Positions 43,185 through 53,607 of a stretch of 64,000 nt of DNA are shown here, piece after piece. Origin of the DNA: Candidatus Krumholzibacteriota bacterium (GTDB lineage Bacteria; Krumholzibacteriota; Krumholzibacteriia; JAJRXK01). Position numbers and translations under genes: made by a program. Position 1 is the first letter of the stretch, and each line of letters starts with the position of its first letter. The stretch covers positions 224,001-288,000 of the forward strand of contig CAVXTH010000006.1 in NCBI GenBank assembly GCA_963764625.1, given 5' to 3'. A model generated the notes under the pieces. The model searched no databases. It had not been told where the DNA came from and worked only from the letters and a program-made list of their open reading frames with translations.

Positions 43185-44759
43185 TCAGGTCCGGGCGTCC
43201 GTACTCGGCGGAGGCAACTGGAGATCGATCATGTCGGGCAGAGGTTCGACCGGATCTTCGAGCCCGAACGGCGGGTTCGTGTCCGTTCGTGGCGGAGTAC
43301 GGTGCGATACGATCGACGACTGCAGCGTTTCTTCCGAGGGCAGGTTTGCCGCGCCGAGAGGAAGATCGGAAGGCTTCACCACGAAGTGTTGGATCGCGAA
43401 CACCACGGCCGCGGCCAGAAGGAGCGCGACGAACGCTCCCACCAGCGTCTTCCAGACCGGTTTGGGGTGCCCCTCGAGAAGCTCCCGGGGCTCGCTCGAG
43501 GGGGAGAGCGGACGGGCCGGGCGCGTGGGTATCCTCGACTTCTTCAACTTCGGAGCCACGGGGGAAGCGACGCGTTTGGACGCGAGCGGACCGGATCGCG
43601 GATTGGCCGGCGGCATCGCGCGTGTCGAAGGATCTGCTTCCAGCGGATTCACGGGATGGGAAGGCGGAATATTCACCGCGCCCGAACGCGGTATTTGCAC
43701 CGCGCCAGAGCGTGAAGGGCGCGCATTCAATTCGGGAATGTCGGTGCTTCCCACTCGCGCATCCATTCTCGACGACCTGCGCCCCGACCGCGACTGCGTG
43801 TGGGTGGCGCGCGGAGGGGTCTTTCGCGAGCCTGGGCCACGAGTGGAACCCGAAGCAGGTTGGGTGCTCGTGCTGTGCCGGCGGCGCAGGGACTCGGTTT
43901 CCAGACCCATCGTGAGTTCGGAGATGAGATCGTGTGGCCCACGCCGCGTCGAGCCAGCGAGTTGCTTCAGCACCAATACCAGTTCTTCCATCGACTGCGG
44001 TCGGTTCTTGGGATCTTTCTCCAGACAGCCCGTGATGATCCGCTCGAGTCCGGGCGGAAGGTCGCGACGGAGTTCGCGCGCCGGACGCGGCTCACGAGAG
44101 ATGATCGCGTGCAGGGTCGCGAGATCGTTTTCCCCCGGGAAGGGCAACTGGCCGGTGACCATCTGGTAGAGCAATGACCCGAAGGAGAAGATGTCGGTGG
44201 CTGCGGTCAGTTCGTCACCGCGCGCCTGTTCGGGGGACATGTACGCCACCGTTCCGTAGCTCTCGGGCCCGGTGGTCTCGACGGTGCGGCGCGGCCTGAG
44301 GGCTAAGCCGAAGTCCATGACCTTCACTTCACCGCGACTGGTGATGGCCACGTTTGCCGGCTTGATGTCGCGATGGATGATTCCGTGTTCGTGCGCGGCG
44401 GCGATTCCCAGCGCGGTGCCCAGCGCGATTTCAACGATCCGCGGGATCTCCAGACGCTTGGACGCCATGATCTCCCGGAGCGTGCGTCCTTCGACGTACT
44501 CCATGCAGATGGCGTAGACGCCGCCGTTCTCCTCGACGGAATGGATGACCGCGATGTTGGGGTGCTGGAGACGTGCGCACGACCGCGCCTCGTCCAGGAG
44601 CCGTCCCTGCGCGACCCGATCGCTGGTAAGCGAGCGCGGGAGAAATTTGAGCGCCACCCGCCGTTCGAGGTTCATGTCTACCGCGAGGTAGACCTCTCCC
44701 ATCCCACCGGTACCGAGAAGGCGCTCGATTTCGAAGTGACAATAGCGTGAACCGATCAT
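43185..44759 (-). CDS. Hanks-type Ser/Thr protein kinase with C-terminal TM helix
   Basis: LGTGGMGEVY, VALKFL, HRDIKPAN, DFGLA, GTVAYMSPEQ. Confidence 0.92.
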   Translation of the reverse strand: MIGSRYCHFEIERLLGTGGMGEVYLAVDMNLERRVALKFLPRSLTSDRVAQGRLLDEARSCARLQHPNIAVIHSVEENGGVYAICMEYVEGRTLREIMASKRLEIPRIVEIALGTALGIAAAHEHGIIHRDIKPANVAITSRGEVKVMDFGLALRPRRTVETTGPESYGTVAYMSPEQARGDELTAATDIFSFGSLLYQMVTGQLPFPGENDLATLHAIISREPRPARELRRDLPPGLERIITGCLEKDPKNRPQSMEELVLVLKQLAGSTRRGPHDLISELTMGLETESLRRRHSTSTQPASGSTRGPGSRKTPPRATHTQSRSGRRSSRMDARVGSTDIPELNARPSRSGAVQIPRSGAVNIPPSHPVNPLEADPSTRAMPPANPRSGPLASKRVASPVAPKLKKSRIPTRPARPLSPSSEPRELLEGHPKPVWKTLVGAFVALLLAAAVVFAIQHFVVKPSDLPLGAANLPSEETLQSSIVSHRTPPRTDTNPPFGLEDPVEPLPDMIDLQLPPPSTDART

Positions 44760-44802
44760 GAAACATCGAGTGATCAACCTACGTGCCAGGGCGTTCGGGG
44801 GC

Positions 44803-45624
44803 TCAGGGGGCGCTGCGAATCGCCGCCACGAGGCGCTTGGCACGGTCTAACTCTATTGGTCTATCCCACTTACCGTCGTGCTTGAGGCTCGTGCCCACGA
44901 TGAGCGCATCCGCCAGCCGGGCCAATCGTGGCGCATTTTGCACCGTCAAACCGCTCCCGAGCACCAGAGGCAGGGTGCTGGCCGCGCGGGCGCGCTCGAA
45001 GTCCTCGGGGGCAGGAGCGATGCCGGTCGAGGCGCCCGTGATGACGGCCGCGGAAGCCCCATGGAGTTCCAGCGTGGACAGGACGTCCTCGAGGCTCAAA
45101 TCGGCGGTGGCCGCGTGGCTCGCGTGCTTCTTCTTCACATCGGCCCACACCGCCAGCTCGGCGGCGCCAATGGCCCGGGCGTAGCGCAGAGTGGCGCCCG
45201 CGCTGGCCTCCGCCCAGCCCTTGTCGGAGAGGTGGCCGTAGGTCCAGGCTTCCGCGCGCAGAAAGTCCAGTCCGGCCGCGTGGGCGACGGCCACCGCCAC
45301 TTTGTGGGCCGCGAAGAGGACCTGGATGCCCACCCGGATCTCCGGGGGGGCCAGTTGACGGATTTCGTGGGCGAGAACCGCCATGTAGGCTGGAACCTCC
45401 GGCCCCATCTCGCTCTCCCGGAGGGGCGGGAAGTCATGCATGTTCTCCAGGAGGAGTCCGTCAAACCCAGCTTTCAGAAGGGCTTGCGCATCCGCCCTGG
45501 CCCGGGCCAGGCACAGCTCCATCGGCTCCTGGCCGGGGCTGCCCGGAGTAGGCAAGACGTGGATCATCCCCACCAGGGCGGGTTTGTGGCGAAAGGAAAG
45601 TGAGGTTCGAGCTGGGTGGACCAT
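44803..45624 (-). CDS. BtpA/SgcQ-family TIM-barrel protein
   Basis: GMIHVLPTPGSP, ENMHDFP, ADVKKKH, TGASTG, IVGTSLK. Confidence 0.9.
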   Translation of the reverse strand: MVHPARTSLSFRHKPALVGMIHVLPTPGSPGQEPMELCLARARADAQALLKAGFDGLLLENMHDFPPLRESEMGPEVPAYMAVLAHEIRQLAPPEIRVGIQVLFAAHKVAVAVAHAAGLDFLRAEAWTYGHLSDKGWAEASAGATLRYARAIGAAELAVWADVKKKHASHAATADLSLEDVLSTLELHGASAAVITGASTGIAPAPEDFERARAASTLPLVLGSGLTVQNAPRLARLADALIVGTSLKHDGKWDRPIELDRAKRLVAAIRSAP

Positions 45625-45769
45625 GCTGAGTCTCCCGAAGAATGTGCTGATTTCCGCCGAGAATCCGCTGGATTCTCCTAAGTTTTGTTTGACACCTCAG
45701 GGGCCGGTCCAGAAGATACCGGCACTGGAGCTACCTTTCCCCAGATCCTTTTGCAGGAGGGCTTACACT

Positions 45770-45940
45770 ATGGCCGAGATGATCATCTCCAAGGCGCGGA
45801 CCAAGGCCGCCGCCAACGAATGCAACGTTTCCAGCGATTTTTACGAGGCTCTCGATGCGAAAGTGCGTCAACTCATCGCCACTGCGGAGAAGCGCGCTAC
45901 GGAGAACGGCCGGAAGACGATTCGCCCCTACGATCTTTAG
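45770..45940 (+). CDS. Prokaryotic histone-fold protein (DUF1931 / face-to-face type), 56 aa
   Basis: MAEMIISKARTKAAANECNVSSDFYEALDAKVRQLIATAEKRATENGRKTIRPYDL; RBS aggagg; TTGACA at 45689. Confidence 0.88.
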   Translation: MAEMIISKARTKAAANECNVSSDFYEALDAKVRQLIATAEKRATENGRKTIRPYDL

Positions 45941-46026
45941 GCCATTCTTCGACCTTTTTCCGGGAGAGCGGAAGTGATCCCGGCTCCGAAGCCTCTGGCG
46001 TGGCCAGAGGCTTCGATGTTGTGTCC

Positions 46027-47040
46027 TCATTGGGGCCCGACGCCCAGGCCGGGCGAGCCGGGAATCGTGATGCGACCCTGCTCCACCACGCGGGGTCCGA
46101 AGGGGTCTTCCGCCAGGAGGGCCGCGCCATCCAGATCGGCCCAGCGCGCCAGTGGGGCCAGGTGGGAGGCCGCGGCGATCCCCAGCGAACTCTCCACGAA
46201 ACAGCCCAGCATGACCTCGAGTCCCAGACCGCGGGCGGCGTGAATCATCGCCACCGCCCGTCGCAGGCCGCCGGCTTTCATGAGCTTCACGTTGATTCCG
46301 TCGTAGACGCCGACCAGCTCGCTGATTGCGTCCAGGCTCGCTGCGTCCTCGTCTGCGATCAAGGGTAACTTGGTGACCCCACGCAAACGTCGGATCGCCT
46401 CGAGCTGACCCGCGGGCAGGGGTTGCTCGACGAGCTCACAGCCCATCGCTTCCAGCCAGGGCAGCTTCTCCTCGGCCTCTTCCTCGCTCCAGGCTTCGTT
46501 CACATCTACCCGAAAGGGACGCTCGCTCCACTTGCGGAGACTCTCCACCGCCACTTCATCTGCCGGGCCCCCGCCCAGCTTGAGTTTGAAGATGGGCCAC
46601 GCTTCGGCTTCCTTTGCCCGTTCCAGGAGTAGACTGGGGTCGTCGATCGAAATCGTGAAGGAGGAGGGCGGAGTCTGGCCCGGATCGATGGCCAAGAGTC
46701 GACAGAGAGGGAGACCGCGCGCCTGCCCTACCCAATCGAAGAGCGCCGCTTCGAGTGCGCAATGGGCCGAAGTCTCCTTGGGGTGATGCGATTCGAAACG
46801 CCCCATCACTTCCTCGAGGTAGAAGGGACTCAACTCCGCCGGCGGAGAGAAGCTCGAAAACGCGGCCAGTGCGCTTGCTTGACTTTGCCCGTAACGGGAA
46901 TTGGGGGCGCCTTCACCGCGACCGGTGATTCCCTCGTGCTCGATCTCCACCAGGATGTTCGAGGCGATGAGCTTGCTTCCGCGCGCGATCGTGAAGGGTC
47001 GAAGGAGAGGCAGATCGAGAGCTCGGGCGTGAATCTTCAT
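46027..47040 (-). CDS. Dipeptide (L-Ala-D/L-Glu) epimerase, enolase superfamily
   Basis: PFTIARG, KLKLG, RVDVNE, VEQP, ADE, NVKLMK, DLDG. Confidence 0.9.
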   Translation of the reverse strand: MKIHARALDLPLLRPFTIARGSKLIASNILVEIEHEGITGRGEGAPNSRYGQSQASALAAFSSFSPPAELSPFYLEEVMGRFESHHPKETSAHCALEAALFDWVGQARGLPLCRLLAIDPGQTPPSSFTISIDDPSLLLERAKEAEAWPIFKLKLGGGPADEVAVESLRKWSERPFRVDVNEAWSEEEAEEKLPWLEAMGCELVEQPLPAGQLEAIRRLRGVTKLPLIADEDAASLDAISELVGVYDGINVKLMKAGGLRRAVAMIHAARGLGLEVMLGCFVESSLGIAAASHLAPLARWADLDGAALLAEDPFGPRVVEQGRITIPGSPGLGVGPQ

Positions 47041-47232
47041 GGGGAACTCCCTTTGTTCTAACATCTTCTGTTACGCCAGGCGGGGCCTTTCGGCAAGCGC
47101 TGATTCGCGATGAGACCTCGATTCGTCCGTCCTGAAACCCGGGTGACGCCCCGAGCTGCCATCATGGGGAATCCACTCTAGATTGAAGGAGCCTCCCCGC
47201 ACCATGCTTCGCCTCCCGGGGGAGAACTCCTG

Positions 47233-48753
47233 GTGCAACAATCGGAAATCGCCCGCGTCGTCGCGGGCACACTCGACGGCCTCGCGGGACTGCGCGTGCA
47301 GGTGGAGGTAGATCTGGCGCGGAGCCTTCCCGGATTCCATCTGGTGGGTTTGCCGGGCACTGCGATTCGTGAAAGCCGAGAAAGGGTGGGCGCGGCCCTA
47401 CGCCACGCTGGGTTCCGCTGGCCGGACCGGCGGATCACGGTCAGCCTCGCACCCGCCGATCTTCCCAAGGAGGGAGCGGGGATGGACCTTGCCATCGCGG
47501 CAGGGATCCTGTTCGCCTCGGGGCAGGTCTCGACCACTTCGTCCGCGCTGCTGGGAAAGACTCTACTGGTGGGGGAACTCGCCTTGGATGGTTCCCTGCG
47601 GCCAGTTCGTGGGCTCTTGGCACTCGCGCTCGATGCGAAGCGTCTGGGGATCGATCGCCTCATCGTTCCTTTCGACCAAGTACCGGAGGTCGACGCGGCG
47701 CACTCCACGCGCCGGATCGGTCTGCGTCACCTGGCGGAACTGCCCGAGGCCGTCGACGCCTTGGATCGCCTTCAGCCCAGTTCCGTCTCGATACCCGTCC
47801 ACGATGAAAGTGGAGAACGCGACGCTCTCGCTCTAGCACTGGTGAAGGGTCAAGAGGAAGCCAAGCGCGCACTGACCCTCGCCGCGGCGGGAGGGCATCA
47901 CATGCTCATGATCGGGCCTCCGGGGTGTGGGAAGACCATGCTCGCGCATCGTCTCTGCTCGCTGCTTCCCTCTCTCAGTGGCGAGCAGCGCGCTGAACGT
48001 CTGCGCGTGGAGTCCTGCGCAGGCCTTGCGATCGATCTCGCGCGCGCCTCACGGCCTCCCTTTCGCGCGCCTCACCACACCGTGACCGGAGCTGGCCTCA
48101 CGGGGGGCGGCCGTCCGCCGCGCCCGGGAGAGGTGACGCTGGCGCATCGCGGGGTGCTCTTCCTCGATGAAGCGGCGGAGTTCGAGGGAAGCGTCCTCGA
48201 TCGTCTGCGCGAGCCCCTGGTCACCGGAGAGGTTCGCTTGGCGCGCCTGGGCCGAAGCACCTCGTTTCCCGCCGCGTTTCAATTGATCGCCGCGACCAAT
48301 CCCTGTCCCTGTGGGTGGTACGGCAGCCGGGTCAAGGAGTGCGCCTGCAGACCCGCACAGGTCGATCGCTACCTGCGCCGACTCTCGGGTCCCCTGCGGG
48401 ACCGGATCGAACTTTGGACGGTACTCGATCGTGAACCGGCGGAACACTGGTGGGAGGAACCGGACGATCCGCGCGAAGAAGAAATCCGCCGGCAGATTCG
48501 CGCGGCGAGAGAGCGGGCGCTTTCACGAGGTTCGCTCAACGCGGCACTGGATGGAGATGAGCTCAAGGACGCGTGCCGGCTCGATGAGAGCTCCCGGCTA
48601 TGGCTTCAGAGCTGGGCCGATCGCATGAACCTGAGCCTACGGGCCCTCGCCGGCACGATGAGGGTGGCGCGCACCGTCGCGGATCTTCAAGAACGAGCGC
48701 GAGTCATTCAGGAAGACCTCGCGGTGGCCCTGGCGTTTCGTCCGCCGGCGTGA
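47233..48753 (+). CDS. comM: YifB/ComM Mg-chelatase-like AAA+ ATPase
   Basis: VGLPGTAIRESRERV, GPPGCGKT, PFRAPHH, LFLDE, ATNPCPCG, RVARTVAD. Confidence 0.88.
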   Translation: MQQSEIARVVAGTLDGLAGLRVQVEVDLARSLPGFHLVGLPGTAIRESRERVGAALRHAGFRWPDRRITVSLAPADLPKEGAGMDLAIAAGILFASGQVSTTSSALLGKTLLVGELALDGSLRPVRGLLALALDAKRLGIDRLIVPFDQVPEVDAAHSTRRIGLRHLAELPEAVDALDRLQPSSVSIPVHDESGERDALALALVKGQEEAKRALTLAAAGGHHMLMIGPPGCGKTMLAHRLCSLLPSLSGEQRAERLRVESCAGLAIDLARASRPPFRAPHHTVTGAGLTGGGRPPRPGEVTLAHRGVLFLDEAAEFEGSVLDRLREPLVTGEVRLARLGRSTSFPAAFQLIAATNPCPCGWYGSRVKECACRPAQVDRYLRRLSGPLRDRIELWTVLDREPAEHWWEEPDDPREEEIRRQIRAARERALSRGSLNAALDGDELKDACRLDESSRLWLQSWADRMNLSLRALAGTMRVARTVADLQERARVIQEDLAVALAFRPPA

Positions 48754-48783
48754 GTTGGTGAGGAAGCGAAAGAGAAAACCCGA

Positions 48784-49659
48784 TCAGAAGGTGGCGACGA
48801 CTCCGATGGAGTACCAGAGGCTGGACAGGCTCTCTTTCTGGAAGCCTGAGAACGGTTGCTCCTGTCCTTGCGCGTCGAGAACACTCAACGGGATGTCGAT
48901 CTGACGAGTGTCATCCTGGGGGTCGACGACGCCCGGCCGGAAGATGGCGCCGCTTCGATGCTGCACCTTGGAGAAGTAGTCGCGCACCTCGACAGTGACC
49001 GAAAAGAGATCGTCACCCACGATTCGGATTCCTGCGCCGATATTGTAGGCCAAGATGGGGGGCGTGTCGTTGATGTAGGAGCTGTCGACGTACCAGTACT
49101 GTCCGCCCACTCCTCCCATGAGGTAGGGAATAACGCGTCCCTTGGTGAGCACGTTGTAAACGAGCGCGGTGTCGTGGTACCACATGGCCAACGAACCACG
49201 CTCGAGGTCGGTCTCCAGGAGAACGACATCTCCCTGGTTTCCCGAGACGGACCGTTCCTTCGAGTTGCTCACCGACTGCGCGAAGTCAGTCAGGGTCAGG
49301 CCGAATGTTTGTTGCCAACCCAGGTGTCCCCAGTTGCGAGCGATCCGCAGCTGCGGGCTGAAGGCGGACTGTCCCTTCACTTCCATGTCACCGAAGATCT
49401 TGCCCTTGGAATTCCACTTCACCACGATTTGATCGGCGCGGAACAGAGTTTGGGCCAGATTCATGAACCCGATCTGGAAGGACAGTTCCCACTTGTCGGT
49501 GTCGATGCCGGCCTCGAAGGGCTTCTCAGTCACGACATCTTGGTCGAGGCTCTCCAGGTCATCCAGATTGTCGAGGTCCTGAGCCCGGCAGATCCCCGCA
49601 GTCAAAGCCATGAATAATACCAGCAGGAGACATCCCTCGGCGAAGGCGGTTCGGCGCAT
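48784..49659 (-). CDS. Outer-membrane beta-barrel hypothetical protein
   Basis: Signal peptide, amphipathic strands, PYLMGGVG, terminal Phe. Confidence 0.7.
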   Translation of the reverse strand: MRRTAFAEGCLLLVLFMALTAGICRAQDLDNLDDLESLDQDVVTEKPFEAGIDTDKWELSFQIGFMNLAQTLFRADQIVVKWNSKGKIFGDMEVKGQSAFSPQLRIARNWGHLGWQQTFGLTLTDFAQSVSNSKERSVSGNQGDVVLLETDLERGSLAMWYHDTALVYNVLTKGRVIPYLMGGVGGQYWYVDSSYINDTPPILAYNIGAGIRIVGDDLFSVTVEVRDYFSKVQHRSGAIFRPGVVDPQDDTRQIDIPLSVLDAQGQEQPFSGFQKESLSSLWYSIGVVATF

Positions 49660-49951
49660 CGGCAAGTCTCTCCCCGTCTAACGTGAGATCTCGAGGATCG
49701 ATTGAAGGCCGGCGTTTTCGATGCCGGCGGGAACAGATCTGGCGCATGGGATGAGGATGCATGCCAGGGCCGTTCCGGAGGCCAAAGAGCCGTAACCCCA
49801 CCTCCGGCGGCCTACATAAGTACCCCAACGCCCCCACGATTGTCAATGCGAGGCATTGCACAAGCTTGGGTTGTGAGGTGATATTGAATCGTGACCCGCG
49901 AGAATAGCGAAGGAGAGAGCCATTTCCAGCGCCAAACTGCCGAATCGCAGG

Positions 49952-52600
49952 GTGAAATTGCTCTTTGGCGCCCTTATGCTCACGTGCAGCGTCGTCGGCA
50001 GCGCACGCGCCCAGGATGGGCCGTTTCCGGGGCCGCATTATCTGAGTGCTCCTGGTGGACCCGCCTACATGATCGCCCAGGATCTGAACTCCGATGGCAT
50101 CACGGACCTCCTCTCCACCTGTCCGCGGCTGGGCACCCTCCTTCTGCACGAGGGGCTGGGGAACGGGCTGTACAAGCTCGTCCAGAACCTCAACGTGGCG
50201 GGCACGCCGTACCGAATCGCGGTCGGCGATCTCAATCGGGACACGCGGACCGACCTGGTCTGGATCGACCAGGACTCGGGAACTCTGTACTGGGCCTATG
50301 CGAATGTCCCGCCTGGCATCTCCTTCTCCGGCGGAAGCTTCTTGCCCGAGGGAGAGGAGGCGAGCGGTCTGGCGCTGACCGATTTCGACGGTGACGGATG
50401 GCTCGATGCCGTGGTGAGCGTGGGTGGAGGTGACGAGCTCGCCATCCACTTAAACGATGGTGCCGGGTCGCTGCTCGCGGGCCAATTTCAATCGGTGGGC
50501 GACCACCCGACCCAGGTGCTGACGACGACAGCGCCCTCCACCGGCTTGCCTCGACTGATCGTGGCGCAAGAGGGGGTTTTGTCGCAGAACGTCGCGGTGT
50601 ACGACGGACTCACTCCGACTCTTTCGCAAGAGATTCCCAGCGGGCAACCCGACTGGCTCGAATCGGATCCATGGGACGGTGATTCCCTGGATGATCTTTT
50701 CCTCGTGGTGCAGGGCGGGACGCAGCTGCAGGTTTATCGAGCCCTTCCCGATGGCTCGTACCAGTTCGCGCAGGGCGCTCCTCTGGAACCGGGAACGGTT
50801 TCCCTGACGCAGCTCGAGCCCATGGCATCTCTACGGCGCTTGATCGTCGGAGAAGCGAGCCGCGACCGGCTCACTCTCCTGGAAGGAACCCCCGGGGTGA
50901 GCATCACTCCGCGCCGGTCATGGTTCGTGGGACACGGCTTCGAGCAGGTTTTGAGCGCACAGACCGATGGAGTGGGGCGGAAGGAAGTCCTGGTGCCCTT
51001 GCAGGACGAAGAGACGATCGCGATCATCCAGCAGAACGGCGAAGGTCTCCTCGCGTATCCCTCGGTGGCCGTCGGCACGCAGGCGCGCAGCGTGCACTAT
51101 CTTGCCCCCAGCCCTTCGCATCCGGCGCGGGTCGTGGTGCTGCACCAAGCCAACCCCATCCTGCGCATCTACGAACCCTATGAACAATCGTTGCGGCAAG
51201 TCGCCCAAATCGACGGCAGCACAGGATTGAGCCGCCTCCGCTGGGATGAACTGGACGGGAACGGCCAGCCCGATCTGATCGGATTGCGGACTGGGGTGGG
51301 AGTCGAGGTGCGCCTGGCCGACGGTGCCGGCGTGTTCGGTCCGCCCACGCTCGTCCCCCTCGCGGCCGATCTCACCGGCCTCGATGCCGAAGACATCGAC
51401 GGCGATGGCATCCCCGATCTGATGGTGGCGGATCACGATGCCTCTCTGGTTCATTTCTTTCTCGGGGACGGCAGCGGCGGTTTCACCGAAACCTCCGCGG
51501 TGGAGACCGCATTACCTCCCACGCTGGCGATCCTCAGCGATCTCGATCTCGATGGTTACGCCGATCTCCTGCTTCTGGACGGCACGAACTTTCTCTCGAT
51601 CTTCTATAACGACGGCGGACACTTCAGCTCTCCCATCCGACCGTTGATCGGAAGCGGAAGCGACCAGATTCTGGTGGAGAGAATGAACGCCGATGAGTAC
51701 CCCGACATTCTCGTGGCCAAGGGCGGCTCTCAGAGCAGCTATACCACCTACATCAGCACCGCGAAGCGAGTGTATGCACTGGCGTCCTTGGGGGAGACGA
51801 CCAAGACCGGCCTGAACCAGGTTCGACTGGCGGACATCTCGGAGGACGGGCTCGCCGATCTCGTGTTTTCTTCCATTGCGGTGAAGGGGGTTCGCATCCG
51901 GGAGGGCTTGGGCGACGGCACCTTCGCCGAGGGAATCACCCTCACCGCGGCGTCTCTGGTGCTTTCCCTGGATGTCGGTGACGTCGATGGCGACCTGCGG
52001 AACGACATCATCCTCCTGGATGGAATCTCCGGGAGCATGCATTTGCTCCTGCGCGATCCCCAACCTCTCGTCGACGCCGCCCCGCGTCTGCAGGCCACTC
52101 GAACCGAGAGTGGGGTGGAGCTGAGCACGCAGACTCTGCAGCGAGTTACGGTAACGCGGCTGCGCGATGGCTTGCCGATCGCTCTGCGCGAGGAGGGCGG
52201 GGGCATCTGGCGCGCCCTGGACTCTTCGGCATCGCGCGATGCAGAAGAGTACTCCCTGTTGGATGCTTCAGGCCGCGAGCTGGATCGAACCCGGGTGCAA
52301 GCGGCCGTCGGCCTGGGGACGCAGGTGCTGTTGTCCGCGCCTTCGCCCAATCCGGGCAGCGGAACGGTGCGCTTTCGCTTCAGGGCCACGACTGGTTCTT
52401 CACCGCGCGTGCGTCTCGTCGACGCGCGGGGTCGGGTGGTCGCTCACCTCGTGAGCGCGCTGAGCCCGGACGGCTGGTATCAGAGTTCGTGGAACGGACT
52501 CGACGCGCACGGGCGCGCGGTGGCCAGAGGACGTTATCACGTCGATCTGGAAGTGGAAGGGAGGCACCTCAGCCGTGCGTTGGTGTGGTTGGGACGTTGA
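49952..52600 (+). CDS. Secreted FG-GAP/VCBS repeat protein with FlgD-Ig-like C-terminal domain
   Basis: Many DxxxDGxxD repeats; PSPNP...DARGRVV...WNGLDAHGRAVARGRY. Confidence 0.85.
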   Translation: MKLLFGALMLTCSVVGSARAQDGPFPGPHYLSAPGGPAYMIAQDLNSDGITDLLSTCPRLGTLLLHEGLGNGLYKLVQNLNVAGTPYRIAVGDLNRDTRTDLVWIDQDSGTLYWAYANVPPGISFSGGSFLPEGEEASGLALTDFDGDGWLDAVVSVGGGDELAIHLNDGAGSLLAGQFQSVGDHPTQVLTTTAPSTGLPRLIVAQEGVLSQNVAVYDGLTPTLSQEIPSGQPDWLESDPWDGDSLDDLFLVVQGGTQLQVYRALPDGSYQFAQGAPLEPGTVSLTQLEPMASLRRLIVGEASRDRLTLLEGTPGVSITPRRSWFVGHGFEQVLSAQTDGVGRKEVLVPLQDEETIAIIQQNGEGLLAYPSVAVGTQARSVHYLAPSPSHPARVVVLHQANPILRIYEPYEQSLRQVAQIDGSTGLSRLRWDELDGNGQPDLIGLRTGVGVEVRLADGAGVFGPPTLVPLAADLTGLDAEDIDGDGIPDLMVADHDASLVHFFLGDGSGGFTETSAVETALPPTLAILSDLDLDGYADLLLLDGTNFLSIFYNDGGHFSSPIRPLIGSGSDQILVERMNADEYPDILVAKGGSQSSYTTYISTAKRVYALASLGETTKTGLNQVRLADISEDGLADLVFSSIAVKGVRIREGLGDGTFAEGITLTAASLVLSLDVGDVDGDLRNDIILLDGISGSMHLLLRDPQPLVDAAPRLQATRTESGVELSTQTLQRVTVTRLRDGLPIALREEGGGIWRALDSSASRDAEEYSLLDASGRELDRTRVQAAVGLGTQVLLSAPSPNPGSGTVRFRFRATTGSSPRVRLVDARGRVVAHLVSALSPDGWYQSSWNGLDAHGRAVARGRYHVDLEVEGRHLSRALVWLGR

Positions 52601-53525
52601 GCTGCGGAGGGACGTAGCTCACTTCCTCCTCGAGCTCGATGCCGAATTGTTCGCGCACTCGTCGCTTCATCTCCGTGGCCAGCGTGAGCACGTCTTTCGC
52701 GGTGGCGCCACCGGCATTGATGATGATGTTGGCGTGCTTGTGAAAAACGGCCGCACCTCCCACGCGAAGTGCTTTCGCTCCGACTTCCTCCAGCAACTTT
52801 CCCGCGGGAATGCGGCGCTCGTTCGGATCGAGAGGAGGGACATTCTTGAAGTAGCTCCCCGCGCAGGGCTCGATTTGGGGATGCTTGCGTTCGCGCAGCT
52901 CGACGTTCTTTCGGATCGTGGCCTGGCTCTGCTCCCGCTTGCCCTCGTCCAAATGCAGGGAGAGATCGACGAGGACGTTTCCGTTCCGTTTCAGGGCGCT
53001 CTCCCGGTAGGCGAAATGGAAGTCCCCGGGTCCAACCTCGGCCAGTCGTCCGTCGCTCTGGATCCAGCGGGCGCTCACCAGAAAATCGCCGATCGACTGG
53101 CCATAGCAACCGGCGTTGCCCCACAGCGCGCCCCCGACGGTCCCGGGAATCCCGGCCGCGAATTCGAGCCCTGAGAGGCCCTTTGCGACAGTTTCGAGGA
53201 TCAGCTCGTGGAAGCCCACTCCCGCTTCCACCCGAATCGTTCGGTCCTCGTAGCTCCGGTGCATCATGCGGACGGCGATGACCAGGGCCCTGAGTCCTTC
53301 GTCGTCGAAGAGCAGGTTGCTACCGCCTCCCATGAGAAAAATAGGTATCTTGAGTTCTCGGGCCGCGCCCAAGAGCTCGGCCAACAGGACGCGATCCTCG
53401 ACCTCGACGAAGCGGTCCGCCTTTCCGCCGATCTTGAAGGTGGTATAGGGGGCGATCGGGTGGTCTATTTGAAGACGTCCCGGGAATCTCAGATCGAGTT
53501 CGGAGTATTGAATAGGTGCGCGCAT
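52569..53525 (-). CDS. murB: UDP-N-acetylmuramate dehydrogenase
   Basis: YTTFKIGG, GGGSNLL, GIPGTVGGA..NAG, AGSYFKN, HANIIIN, LEEEV. Confidence 0.95.
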   Translation of the reverse strand: MRAPIQYSELDLRFPGRLQIDHPIAPYTTFKIGGKADRFVEVEDRVLLAELLGAARELKIPIFLMGGGSNLLFDDEGLRALVIAVRMMHRSYEDRTIRVEAGVGFHELILETVAKGLSGLEFAAGIPGTVGGALWGNAGCYGQSIGDFLVSARWIQSDGRLAEVGPGDFHFAYRESALKRNGNVLVDLSLHLDEGKREQSQATIRKNVELRERKHPQIEPCAGSYFKNVPPLDPNERRIPAGKLLEEVGAKALRVGGAAVFHKHANIIINAGGATAKDVLTLATEMKRRVREQFGIELEEEVSYVPPQLNVPTTPTHG

Positions 53526-53607
53526 GGACTCCGAAGTGGCGAAACCGGGCATTAGATTACACCCTGATGGAGACTTCGAGGCGCCAGCTTAGAGAGGACC
53601 CCAGAGC

